A stretch of DNA of 64,000 nucleotides from Syntrophorhabdales bacterium (GTDB taxonomy: Bacteria; Desulfobacterota; Syntrophorhabdia; Syntrophorhabdales; WCHB1-27). Location: assembly GCA_035315185.1 (NCBI GenBank), contig DATFYE010000002.1, forward strand, positions 11,249 through 75,248, given 5' to 3'. Below are positions 36,755-45,650 of this stretch, piece by piece (the stretch's first letter is position 1; each line of letters opens with the position of its first letter). A program made the position numbers and the translations under genes. The notes under the pieces are model-generated. The model saw only the letters and a list, made by a program, of their open reading frames with translations. It had not been told where the DNA came from and ran no database searches.

Positions 36755-38152
36755 GTGGGCGTGATTTCCAAGATAACGCGTGGAGTAAGAAGCGTACTGT
36801 TGTCGTTTTTTTTCTGTCTGCTTTTCGTGACTCTATCTTTTGCAGGGCTGGCAGACCAGGTCTTCGAGAAAATCCTTGATAATGGTCTGAAAGTGCTTCT
36901 CGTGGAAAACCATAAAGCTCCCGTTATCACGTTCCAGGTCTGGTACAGGGTCGGGTCCCGCAATGAACAATGGGGGAGGACGGGCCTTTCGCACATGCTC
37001 GAGCATATGATGTTCAAAGGATCAAAGAAGTTCAGTGCACAGGAGTTTACCAGGTTGATTGCTGAAAACGGGGGAAATGACAACGCGTTTACTTCAGAGG
37101 ATTTTACGGCCTATTTTGAGAATATAAGCTCGGACAAGGCACAGGTACTGATTGACCTCGAATCTGACAGGATGCATAACCTCGTGCTGAGGAACGAGGA
37201 CTTTCAGACCGAACGCATGGTGGTGATGGAAGAACGCCGGATGAGGACCGAGGACGACCCCCAGGCCTTTCTCATGGAACAGGTGCAGGCAACTGCCTTC
37301 CAGACTTCGCCCTACCACTGGCCTACTATCGGGTGGAAAGAGGATATAGAAAGGTTCACGCTTGCCGATCTGAAATCCTACTACAGTACTTATTACAATC
37401 CGGTCAACGCCATTGTTGTGGTGGTTGGGGATTTCCGGAAGGAAGATCTTTTGCCTAGGATTGAAAAGGGATTTGGAGGAATCCCAAGAGGCGTTGCGCC
37501 AGAGCAGAAGAAAGATGTAGACCAGCCACAGTCCGGCGAACGAAGAGTTTTTGCGAAGAGGGAGGCGGAGCTTCCGTACATCGTCATGGCTTATCACGTT
37601 CCGAACCTGCAATCGCCTGACAGCTATGTGCTGGAGGTCTTGGAGGCGCTGCTCTCCACCGGAAAAAGCTCAAGGCTCTACCAGAGCCTCGTTCAGGAAA
37701 AGCAGCTCGCGCTTTCGGTCGACGCCGATAACTCACTGCTTTCCAGGGATCCAAGCCTGTTCACACTCACGGCCCAGCCGCTTTCTGAAAAGGATGTCAC
37801 GGAGGTCGAAAAAGCTTTGAATGAGGAGATTGAGCGCATCCGTGCCAAGCCTGTTGGTCTGCAGGAATTGGAAAAGGCCAAGAACCAGTTGGAGGCAGCC
37901 TTCGTGTACGGCCAGGCGTCGCTCTTCTATCAGGGCATGCTTCTAGCCCAGTACGAGATCGCTCGGGACTGGAGGAATGTCGATGAGTACCTCCCTTCAA
38001 TACGTAAGGTGACACCCGAGGACATCCGTCGCGTCGCAGACCTCTACCTGACGCCGGAGAACCGGACCGTGGGCAGGCTGATTCCGCTGCCGCCGAAAGA
38101 GGGAAAACCAGCGCCCGCCGAGCCTTCCGCTTCAGGGCGCATGATCAGATAA
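36755..38152 (+). CDS. M16 (pitrilysin/insulinase) zinc peptidase, active-type subunit
   Basis: 465 aa. Signal peptide. HxxEH zinc motif in GLSHMLEHMMFKG. Confidence 0.85.
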   Translation: MGVISKITRGVRSVLLSFFFCLLFVTLSFAGLADQVFEKILDNGLKVLLVENHKAPVITFQVWYRVGSRNEQWGRTGLSHMLEHMMFKGSKKFSAQEFTRLIAENGGNDNAFTSEDFTAYFENISSDKAQVLIDLESDRMHNLVLRNEDFQTERMVVMEERRMRTEDDPQAFLMEQVQATAFQTSPYHWPTIGWKEDIERFTLADLKSYYSTYYNPVNAIVVVVGDFRKEDLLPRIEKGFGGIPRGVAPEQKKDVDQPQSGERRVFAKREAELPYIVMAYHVPNLQSPDSYVLEVLEALLSTGKSSRLYQSLVQEKQLALSVDADNSLLSRDPSLFTLTAQPLSEKDVTEVEKALNEEIERIRAKPVGLQELEKAKNQLEAAFVYGQASLFYQGMLLAQYEIARDWRNVDEYLPSIRKVTPEDIRRVADLYLTPENRTVGRLIPLPPKEGKPAPAEPSASGRMIR

Positions 38153-38172
38153 CGATCAGACAAGGAGATACC

Positions 38173-39558
38173 ATGATCTATAGAATCGCGAACCCAGCCA
38201 GGAGAGCGGCAGCATCAAAGGTTCGAATTACCTTCATTCTTGTTATTCTTGTTGTGCTCTGGATCGCGCCCGTCCGGGCAGGATCTATGCCTCGCGTTGA
38301 ACGCATCGTTTTGCCGAATAACCTAGTGGTGCTTGTGTCTGAAGAGCATTCCCTTCCATTCGTCGTATTTCAAATGCTCATGGATGCGGGATCCAGACTC
38401 GATCCGGCCGGCAAGGAGGGCCTTGCCAACCTCACCGCCAAGGGACTGCTTCTCGGCACCTCGACGCAGAATGCCAATGCCATAAACGAAGCACTCGACT
38501 TCATGGGAGCTTCCCTCAACACGTCCGCAGGCCAGGATTACGCCGTTGTCGGGCTGCAGGTTTTGAAGAAAGATCTGGAAAAGGGAGTCGATCTTTTTAT
38601 TGACTCGCTTACGAATCCGGTATTTCCGGAGCAGGAGATCCAGAAGGAGAAGAAAAAAATTCTGGGCGCCATTCAAGCTGCGGATGAGCAGCCGATGTCC
38701 CTCGCGGAAAAGAGTTTCAGAAAAACCCTCTTTCCCGAAAGCCCTTATGGCCATCCTGTCGAAGGAACTCGTGAGTCCGTCTCGGGGTTGTCGAAGGAAG
38801 ATACGTCGCGGTTCTATCAGACGTTCTACCGCCCGAACAAGGCCATTCTCGCCATAGTCGGGGATATAACGGTGGAAGAGGTAAGGGCAAAAGTGATTCC
38901 CCTGTTTGCAAAGTGGCCTGCGAGTCAGGTTGAAACCGGTCCGATCAACGCAACATACTCGAAGGGCTCTCAGACGGTAAAGATAAGCCGGCAGATTACC
39001 CAGGCCAATATTATTCTCGGTAATATCGGTGTGCGGCGAGACAACCCTGATTACTATAGCCTCTCGGTGATGAACTATATCCTGGGAGGAGGAGGTTTCG
39101 GGTCCAGGCTCACGGAGGAGATCAGGGTGAAGAGAGGTTTAGCGTACTCCGTTGCCAGTTTCTTTGATGCTGAGAAATACCAGGGCTCTTTCCAGATTGT
39201 GATGCAGACAAAAAATCCGTCTGCCCGCGAGTCTATCGCTCTGGTCCTCAAAGAGATGGAACGGATCCAGAAGGAACCTGTTTCGGACGAAAACCTCCGC
39301 CGGGCGAAGGCCTATCTCACCGGAAGCTTTCCGCTGCGCATCGACACCCAGTCAAAGCTCGCCGGTTTCATGGCGCAGGTGGAGTATTATGGGCTGGGCC
39401 TTGATTATCCTGAAAAGTATCCCTCGCTTATAAACTCAGTATCCGGTCAGGATGTGCTCCGGGTGGCGAAAACCTATCTATTTCCGGAGCAGGTAATCCT
39501 CGTCATTGTGGGTAACCTGAAGGAGGCGGGAATGGAGTCGCCTTCGAGTACTCCATGA
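38173..39558 (+). CDS. M16-family peptidase, non-catalytic-type partner
   Basis: 461 aa, same fold pattern (GLANLTAKGLLLGT in place of HxxEH). Adjacent to the active subunit. Confidence 0.8.
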   Translation: MIYRIANPARRAAASKVRITFILVILVVLWIAPVRAGSMPRVERIVLPNNLVVLVSEEHSLPFVVFQMLMDAGSRLDPAGKEGLANLTAKGLLLGTSTQNANAINEALDFMGASLNTSAGQDYAVVGLQVLKKDLEKGVDLFIDSLTNPVFPEQEIQKEKKKILGAIQAADEQPMSLAEKSFRKTLFPESPYGHPVEGTRESVSGLSKEDTSRFYQTFYRPNKAILAIVGDITVEEVRAKVIPLFAKWPASQVETGPINATYSKGSQTVKISRQITQANIILGNIGVRRDNPDYYSLSVMNYILGGGGFGSRLTEEIRVKRGLAYSVASFFDAEKYQGSFQIVMQTKNPSARESIALVLKEMERIQKEPVSDENLRRAKAYLTGSFPLRIDTQSKLAGFMAQVEYYGLGLDYPEKYPSLINSVSGQDVLRVAKTYLFPEQVILVIVGNLKEAGMESPSSTP

Positions 39559-39642
39559 GTCTGCAGTGCATGGTCGCAGATTGCCCGATATCCTGCACAG
39601 GGTAGGCTAAACTTTTCAAAACAGAAAATCGGTATTATATTA

Positions 39643-39651
39643 TGGTATAAT
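39643..39651 (+). promoter_or_regulatory. Extended -10 promoter candidate (TGgTATAAT)
   Basis: TGGTATAAT at 39643-39651, about 60 nt upstream of the PDZ-protein ORF. No good -35 element. Confidence 0.4.
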
Positions 39652-39709
39652 ATTGGTGGGCCTTTGATAAGGCGTGTGAAAAGGAGGGCCCCTAAACAAG
39701 ACGGCGCTC

Positions 39710-40588
39710 ATGTCGATAATGGGTATGATGAGAAAGATACTGATCACTGAAAGAGGAAAGAAAACCTGTTTAAAGAGCAGGCGGCGTGCCGTGTTCATGC
39801 GCTCGGTCCTGCCAGGTCTGGCTCTTATCTGGACGCTTCTCCTGTTTCCTCAAATGGGCTGGCCTACTGATGAGGCCAATCCAGATCGACCTACCACGAT
39901 CAAGGCTTCAGAACCTGCAGCGATCCAGTCGCTCCCCAGAAATGAATTTCATGATAATAGAAAAGGGGATTTGAAGGTAAGTGTGCAGAGTCTGGATGAC
40001 GTCATGAAAGTTTTGACTTCGTCGGTGCCCGAACGGCTTGAGGCAAACGTTCAACCCGTGACAGCCGAGCAGGCCGATAAATATGGTTTGCGCTCCAACC
40101 AGGGTGTGGTAATCATCTGGCTCGACCCTAAGGGCCCGCTCGGTAGGGCAGGTCTCGCAACAAGTGATATTATTCTGCAGGTAGACAACCAGCCGATCGA
40201 GAGTTTGGAAAGCTTTATCACTCGGGTTAACTCGCTCGGCCCGCTTCAACCGGCTACCTTCTCTGTTTTTGACCATCGGACAGGCAGAATACGGAATGTC
40301 AGGATCGTTGTCAGGACAGAGCACCCAGTCCAAGAAGCCAGCGGAAACTTTCTTACCAGGCATCTGGGAAACGCCCTTGCTGCAATCCAAAGGACGGCTC
40401 AATCTGTGCAGCAGCAGGTTGGCTATGCTGCTGACACAGGAAAGGAAGCCATTACCAGCGCTATGCACAGGGTGAAGAAATGGGTTGGCATGGCAGAAAA
40501 AGCGCCGGTTGCTGCGGTCAAGAAGGGGGAAGAGGTTCCGGCTAAGCCGGCTCGGCCGGTTGAGAAACAGGCCGGAGGGCCGGGGTAA
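39710..40588 (+). CDS. Secreted PDZ-domain protein
   Basis: 292 aa. Signal-like LPGLALIWTLLLFP. PDZ segment GVVIIWLDPKGPLGRAGLATSDIILQVDNQPIESLESF. Start uncertain (internal Met at MRSVLPG possible). Confidence 0.6.
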   Translation: MSIMGMMRKILITERGKKTCLKSRRRAVFMRSVLPGLALIWTLLLFPQMGWPTDEANPDRPTTIKASEPAAIQSLPRNEFHDNRKGDLKVSVQSLDDVMKVLTSSVPERLEANVQPVTAEQADKYGLRSNQGVVIIWLDPKGPLGRAGLATSDIILQVDNQPIESLESFITRVNSLGPLQPATFSVFDHRTGRIRNVRIVVRTEHPVQEASGNFLTRHLGNALAAIQRTAQSVQQQVGYAADTGKEAITSAMHRVKKWVGMAEKAPVAAVKKGEEVPAKPARPVEKQAGGPG

Positions 40589-40744
40589 CCGCAGGATAAC
40601 TTCCTTCACGCACATATTCCTGATATCAATTCACTTTTGAATTTCAGCGAACAAAGAACCGGTTGATCAGTTTTGACTTGACTCCGAGGTTATATTATGG
40701 GATACTACTGATTGAAGTTCACGAAAGTTTTTGTCGTACAGTTG

Positions 40745-40776
40745 GCCGCAGAGACTTTGACTTTGCGGCTTTTTTT
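40745..40776 (+). terminator. Terminator-like hairpin plus U7 inside the cold-shock gene leader (possible attenuator or thermosensor element)
   Basis: GCCGCA-N13-TGCGGC followed by TTTTTTT, 52 nt upstream of the csp ATG. Confidence 0.4.
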
Positions 40777-40828
40777 GTCCCCAGGGACCTCGTAACTTCT
40801 AACGTTGAGAAGAAAGGAGGTGTTTGGT

Positions 40829-41029
40829 ATGGCAAAAGGAACTGTTAAATGGTTTAACGAATCCAAGGGTTTCGGGTTCATCGCGAGAGAAGACGGCGAA
40901 GATCTTTTCGTGCATCACACCGCGATTCAGGGCAATGGGTTCAAGACGTTGTCCGAAGGTCAGGCGGTTACTTTCGATGTCGACAAGGGCCCGAAAGGGC
41001 TCCGCGCGGTCAATGTCGTGACACTCTAA
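40829..41029 (+). CDS. Cold-shock protein (CspA family)
   Basis: [34 protein letters not shown] (RNP1/RNP2 motifs). SD AAAGGAGG 8 nt upstream of ATG 40829. The track ORF starts at an upstream TTG. Confidence 0.92.
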   Translation: MAKGTVKWFNESKGFGFIAREDGEDLFVHHTAIQGNGFKTLSEGQAVTFDVDKGPKGLRAVNVVTL

Positions 41030-41050
41030 GCCAAACGACCGGCAAAAAAG

Positions 41051-41085
41051 AGAGGGCTCCACTTTCGGGGCCTTTTCTTGTTTTT
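41051..41085 (+). terminator. Rho-independent terminator of the cold-shock gene
   Basis: GGCTCC-ACTTTC-GGGGCC stem-loop (extendable by G-U/A-U pairs) followed by TTTTCTTGTTTTT. Confidence 0.7.
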
Positions 41086-41124
41086 AAGCGACCGCGTTTT
41101 TCACTGTTACCGCAGCGCGTCGAG

Positions 41125-41252
41125 GCCCCGGTAGCGATGATCTTCGGATTCGACCGGCTGGCATCAGCCGAACTGTATTGAGCAAGAGGAAGCCTCTCCA
41201 AGTTCTCGTGTGTGCTCACCGACGTCAGGTTCGAGTCCTGCCCGGGGAGCTA
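41125..41252 (+). ncRNA. tRNA-like element resembling the tmRNA tRNA-like domain (not a canonical tRNA or tmRNA)
   Basis: T-arm CAGG-TTCGAGT-CCTG. 3' CCGGGGA pairs with 5' CCCCGG (41126-41131). Exact GGATTCGAC (41146-41154). Capped hairpin CGGCTG-GCAT-CAGCCG. Extra arm GAGCA...TGCTC. Ends GCTA, not CCA. Confidence 0.35.
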
Positions 41253-41478
41253 ATTCATATTCGGCCGTTTTATTCATTCTTGGATCCCCTATTTTTGGTT
41301 CTGTCCTGTGCTCTTCCCCCCGCAAATCTTTTTCAACTTTTTCCGCCCTGCAGCACCTGCCCAAAATCTCCTCTTTATTCTGTTCCTGATTCGAGGTGAT
41401 AACACTCTTAGACAGGTCAATGACAATTGGAGATGCAGATTACGATCAGAGTGCAGCTCACCTTCTTTTAAATGTGCA

Positions 41479-41507
41479 TTGACATGCATCTTGTCTGGTA
41501 CTATTTT
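41479..41507 (+). promoter_or_regulatory. Sigma-70 promoter candidate for the S53 peptidase gene
   Basis: TTGACA (41479-41484), 17-nt spacer, TATTTT (41502-41507). Confidence 0.35.
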
Positions 41508-41577
41508 TAGGGAATGATCTGTTTTTCCTTTCAAAGATCTAATCTGGGTTTTGAAAAATGTAAGGGGAGGTAAGAGT

Positions 41578-43770
41578 ATGGAAGGTCGCGTAATTCACAC
41601 AGATCAACAAAAGGCTCTCAGGGCTGGACGGCTTGGATTCACCCTCTTATCGGCCACGCTTTTTGCCTTTGTTTTCACCCTCACGCTCTATACACAGGCT
41701 GCGCGCGCTGCTGAGCGGTGGGCACGTCCCCTGCTCACTCAGGAGATCGATGAAGCTAAGCCGGTAGCCCTCCACGGCAACACTCGTCCCGAAGCGAACG
41801 CGACCAACGATCGCGGCCCTGTGGCCGACGACTTCTCGATGGAGCACATGCTGCTGCAGCTGCAGCGCTCTCCCGATCAGGAACAGGCGCTCAAAGAGTT
41901 TATTGATCAACTCCACAACCCTGCCTCGGCGAACTTTCACCAATGGCTCACCGCACAAGAATTCGGAGCGAGATTCGGCCTGGCAGAGGCAGACCGCAAC
42001 AGAATTACTACGTGGCTCGCAAAACACGGCTTTCAGGTCAACGTGGTCTATCCGAGCGGCATGGTGATCGACTTCTCCGGCTCCGCAGGCCAGGTACGCG
42101 AGGCTTTCAGGACTGAGATTCACCACCTTGAAGTAAATGGCGTGAGGCATATCGCCAACATGAGTGATCCGGAGATCCCTGCCGCGCTCGCGCCAGCGGT
42201 CGTGGGGATTGTCTCCCTGCACGACTTCACACCCCGCGCCCTGCACAAGCTGCGTGGCGATTATACCTTCACTTCGGGCTCAACCACCTATCAGGCTGTT
42301 GTTCCAGCTGACCTGGCCACTATCTACAATTTGAGCCCTCTCTTTAGCGCAGGTGTTGCAGGCCAGGGGCAGACCATTGCTGTGATCGAAGACACCAATG
42401 TTTACAATGTTAATGACTGGAATACGTTCCGTCAAACGTTCGGCCTCGTGCCGCCGTACTACCCTGCAGGATCGTTCACACAATTACAGCCACCTCCGCC
42501 CAAGGGCACCAACAACTGCGGCTATCCCGGGGGCAACGCTGACGATGGTGAGGCGATCCTCGATGCGGAATGGGCGAGCGCTGCAGCGCCCGGCGCAGCC
42601 ATCATGCTCGCGTCCTGTGCGAATACTCGCACCACGTTCGGCGGCTTGATTGCCCTTCAGAACCTTATCAACGGGAGTACGCGGCCTTCGATCGTCAGCA
42701 TCAGCTACGGCGAGTGCGAGGCATTGAACGGTGCCGCGGCCAATGCGGCGTACAATAGTGTATTTCAGCTGGCTGTGGCAGGGGGGATTTCTGTGTTCGT
42801 CGCGTCTGGCGATGAAGGTGCTGCCAGCTGCGATGCAGGCGCCACGCAGGCAACACACGGCATAGGTGTCAGCGGCTTCGCCTCCACCCCTTACAACGTC
42901 GCGGTTGGTGGTACTGACTTCGGAGACACGTACGCCGGCATGAACCCCACGTACTGGAGCAAGACCAACACGTCCGTCTACGGTTCGGCACTCTCTTACA
43001 TTCCGGAAATCCCTTGGAACGACTCCTGCGCCAGTCTGCTGATCACAAACTATTTGGGCTACAAGACCACTTATGGTTCGAACGGCTTCTGCAACAGCAA
43101 CGCGGGTCGGGGATACCTGGACGTTGTTGCCGGCAGCGGTGGCCCGAGCGGCTGCGCGACCGGAACACCGTCCACCAGAGGCGTTGTCAGTGGGACCTGT
43201 AAGGGGTACGCCAAGCCATCCTGGCAGACGGGTGTCGTTGGCATCCCGAGCGACGGTGTGCGTGACATCCCGGACGTATCACTTTTTGCTGCCAACGGCG
43301 TCTGGGGCCACTACTACGTGATCTGTTGGTCTGATGTAAGGAACGGCGGGGCTTCTTGCGCTGGTGCTCCCAGCACGTGGGCCGGTGCGGGAGGAACGTC
43401 GTTCTCGTCGCCCATCATGGCGGGAATCCAGGCCCTGGTCAACCAGAAACATGGCAGTCAGGGTAATCCGAATTACGCGTATTACAAGCTGGCAGCGGGC
43501 GAGTATGGCAGCGGCGGTTCTATCGTCTGCAACTCTGCCAATGGCAACGGCGTCTCGTCCGCCTGTACGTTCTATGACGTGACCCAGGGCGACATGGATG
43601 TCAACTGTACGGGCTCCCGCAACTGCTTCATCCCTTCGGGCAGAAACGGCGCGCTTTCGACCTCCAATAGCGCGTACATGCCGGCGTATGGCACAACCAC
43701 CGGGTGGGACTTCGCCACGGGAATCGGTACGGTCAACGCCAATAATTTGGTGACCAACTGGCAGAATTAG
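41578..43770 (+). CDS. Secreted S53 (sedolisin/kumamolisin-type) serine peptidase with pro-domain
   Basis: Track ORF 41551..43770. ATG 41578 (SD GGGGAGG). Signal/TM segment, pro-kumamolisin-like region (FSMEHMLLQLQRSPDQEQALKEFIDQLHNPASANFHQWLT), EAILDAEWA, catalytic GGTSFSSPIMAG. Confidence 0.85.
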   Translation: MEGRVIHTDQQKALRAGRLGFTLLSATLFAFVFTLTLYTQAARAAERWARPLLTQEIDEAKPVALHGNTRPEANATNDRGPVADDFSMEHMLLQLQRSPDQEQALKEFIDQLHNPASANFHQWLTAQEFGARFGLAEADRNRITTWLAKHGFQVNVVYPSGMVIDFSGSAGQVREAFRTEIHHLEVNGVRHIANMSDPEIPAALAPAVVGIVSLHDFTPRALHKLRGDYTFTSGSTTYQAVVPADLATIYNLSPLFSAGVAGQGQTIAVIEDTNVYNVNDWNTFRQTFGLVPPYYPAGSFTQLQPPPPKGTNNCGYPGGNADDGEAILDAEWASAAAPGAAIMLASCANTRTTFGGLIALQNLINGSTRPSIVSISYGECEALNGAAANAAYNSVFQLAVAGGISVFVASGDEGAASCDAGATQATHGIGVSGFASTPYNVAVGGTDFGDTYAGMNPTYWSKTNTSVYGSALSYIPEIPWNDSCASLLITNYLGYKTTYGSNGFCNSNAGRGYLDVVAGSGGPSGCATGTPSTRGVVSGTCKGYAKPSWQTGVVGIPSDGVRDIPDVSLFAANGVWGHYYVICWSDVRNGGASCAGAPSTWAGAGGTSFSSPIMAGIQALVNQKHGSQGNPNYAYYKLAAGEYGSGGSIVCNSANGNGVSSACTFYDVTQGDMDVNCTGSRNCFIPSGRNGALSTSNSAYMPAYGTTTGWDFATGIGTVNANNLVTNWQN

Positions 43771-43848
43771 CTCCGGCAGGCCAACCGGTGATAGGCAGCT
43801 ACACCAGCGCAACATGTATTTCTTTTCTGCTCGCCTATCTGGTATCTT

Positions 43849-43990
43849 ATTACCGGTTTGCATTCAAGATGGAGACCTAGGCGGCAGCGAGGAGCTGACG
43901 CAGGCGTACTGAGCAGTACGTCGAGGAGAGCGACGCAGCACACCCGCAAGCGGGTACCCGGAAGGTATACACTTGAATGCAAATTGGTAT
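43849..43990 (+). repeat. Intergenic repeat family, copy C (one GC-hairpin module)
   Basis: TACCGGTTTGCATTCAAG ... CTTGAATGCAAATTGGTA termini. Long blocks identical to copy B. ACCCGCAAGCGGGT module at 43943-43956. Lies 38 nt upstream of the FmdB-like gene. Confidence 0.85.
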
Positions 43991-44027
43991 TATACAGATC
44001 AGCAGGCAGTGAAAGGAGAGGTCGAAC

Positions 44028-44231
44028 ATGCCCATTTATGAATACCGATGCAGGAAGTGCAAGGAAACGTTCGAAGTGATGCAGAAGATAAACGAGGACA
44101 ATAGAGGTCTCCGGTGCCCGAAGTGCCGGACCGACGAACCGGAGCGCCTGCTTTCCTCTTTTTGTTCGGGAAGTTCAAAAAGCTCTACCGCAGCAGGAGG
44201 ATCCGTCCACTCCTCACCGGGGCACAGCTGA
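44028..44231 (+). CDS. FmdB-family zinc-ribbon protein
   Basis: MPIYEYRCRKCKETFEV...LRCPKCRTDEPERLLSSF is the classic CxxC...CxxC FmdB N-terminus. SD AAAGGAGAGG. Confidence 0.85.
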   Translation: MPIYEYRCRKCKETFEVMQKINEDNRGLRCPKCRTDEPERLLSSFCSGSSKSSTAAGGSVHSSPGHS

Positions 44232-44309
44232 AGCAGCTGCTAGACGGGAGTCGTGAACTCCCCAAAGTATGCTGACTGTTAGTACTCGTCCGTCGCCACT
44301 GGCTTCCGC

Positions 44310-45650
44310 TCAGGTGGCAGGAGTCTGGCGGGTGCGGCGACGTTTACGCCGCCTCTTTCTTCGTTTCTTCTTAGGGCCTTCATCGGTTGGCGGTTCTGAA
44401 GGCGTTACGGAAGGGGCGTGCAGACGGAAGGCGTCCCACCATTCCAGTCGGGTTTGATACTCCCTTCTTGTCTCCACCGTAAAACGGAGGTACTCCAGGG
44501 CTTCACCGAACTCAGGCTTGTTGACAATGGAAGCGGGACGCCGTGGGCGAATTCTGTGCAGAGAGGTCTGCAGGGCGAGGATGTCACAGAGTCGAGCGCC
44601 CACCCGTCGCGGAACGGTCACGGTTCTGGAGATTTCTTTCATGAGCGCGGCACACGTTGCATCCAGTGCCTGCCGCCGGGGAATGCCGTCGCGATGGAGT
44701 GTGAGCGCCTCCTCCTCCAGGCTGGGGCCGAAAAGTGCTGCCAGGAAAAGCGCAGGTGGTGTGGGTGCGCCGTTCTGATACAGTTGATCGAGGCACTTAA
44801 GATTTGCATCCAGCAGTGCCAGGCGATTGCTGTTTTCGGATATCCAGTGGCCGAGGCTGGGGAAAAGGGTGGCGAGAAGCCCGCTCTTCTCCAGGAGACT
44901 GAACGCCGTCCGGGCAGATCCAACGAGGAAGAGTTTCTGCATCTCCTCGTAGAGCCTTGCCGGTGAAGCGCGTGAGATGGTGGACGCGAGCTCGCAGAGG
45001 CTTTCCCATGCAGCCGGTGCTATCACAAAGTCATGGGATGCGGCAAACCGGACAGCGCGGAGCATGCGCACGGGGTCTTCCGTAAATCGGACACGAGGAT
45101 CGCCGATAGGACGAATGAGCCGCTGTTCGAGGTCGCTCAGTCCGGTACTGTAGTCAATAACTGAAAAATCTGCAATGTTGTAGGCGAGGGCATTGATGGT
45201 GAAGTCGCGGCGAAGAGCATCTTCTTCGGGTGTCCCGAAGACGTTGTCTGCGAGAACCATTCCGTCCTCGTCCTTGAGATGCCAGGGAAGACGTTTATGG
45301 TGGCCTGTCTCGTCGGTTTCGGGAATGTCGGCTGGGACTCCAGCCCGACGGAACGTGGATACTTCGACGATTTCATCCTCAAACTGGAGCGTAGCCAATC
45401 TGAAACGGCGACCTATGAGAAAGCAGTTGCGGAAGAGTCGCTTGATCTGAACGGGCGTGGCGTTCGTACCTATGTCGAAGTCCTTGGGGGTTCGCCCCAG
45501 GAGCAGGTCGCGGACGCATCCACCTACCAGGTAAGCGATGAACCCGCGCGTATGGAGTCGGTAGAGCGTGCGCAGCGCATTCGGGCTCACCTGCTTTCGT
45601 GATATTCGGTGTTCCTTGCGGGGAATGATCCGTGGTTCCACGCGCTTCAC
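44310..45650 (-). CDS. pcnB: Poly(A) polymerase I / tRNA nucleotidyltransferase family
   Basis: 446 aa. GGCVRDLLLGRTPKDFDIGT, RRDFTINAL, Arg/Lys-rich C-terminal tail (KKKRRKRRRKRRR) as in PcnB. Confidence 0.8.
   Translation of the reverse strand: MKRVEPRIIPRKEHRISRKQVSPNALRTLYRLHTRGFIAYLVGGCVRDLLLGRTPKDFDIGTNATPVQIKRLFRNCFLIGRRFRLATLQFEDEIVEVSTFRRAGVPADIPETDETGHHKRLPWHLKDEDGMVLADNVFGTPEEDALRRDFTINALAYNIADFSVIDYSTGLSDLEQRLIRPIGDPRVRFTEDPVRMLRAVRFAASHDFVIAPAAWESLCELASTISRASPARLYEEMQKLFLVGSARTAFSLLEKSGLLATLFPSLGHWISENSNRLALLDANLKCLDQLYQNGAPTPPALFLAALFGPSLEEEALTLHRDGIPRRQALDATCAALMKEISRTVTVPRRVGARLCDILALQTSLHRIRPRRPASIVNKPEFGEALEYLRFTVETRREYQTRLEWWDAFRLHAPSVTPSEPPTDEGPKKKRRKRRRKRRRTRQTPAT

Noticed and set aside
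40663-40700. A sigma-70 promoter for the cold-shock gene built from the overlapping TTGACT hexamers (40673-40683) and TATTAT/TATATT (40691-40698).
   Set aside because: Hexamer spacings come out at 12-14 nt, or need a poor -10 element (TATGGG) to reach 17 nt. No combination is convincing, so no promoter is reported.
41125-41252. Calling this a canonical tRNA, a tRNA-Sec or a full tmRNA gene.
   Set aside because: No 7-nt anticodon loop can be drawn; the candidate stem is capped by a tetraloop. The 126-nt length fits neither tRNA nor tmRNA. There is no tag ORF, the terminal pair is mismatched, there is no G-U identity pair, and the 3' end is GCTA. It is kept only as a tRNA-like element of unknown status.
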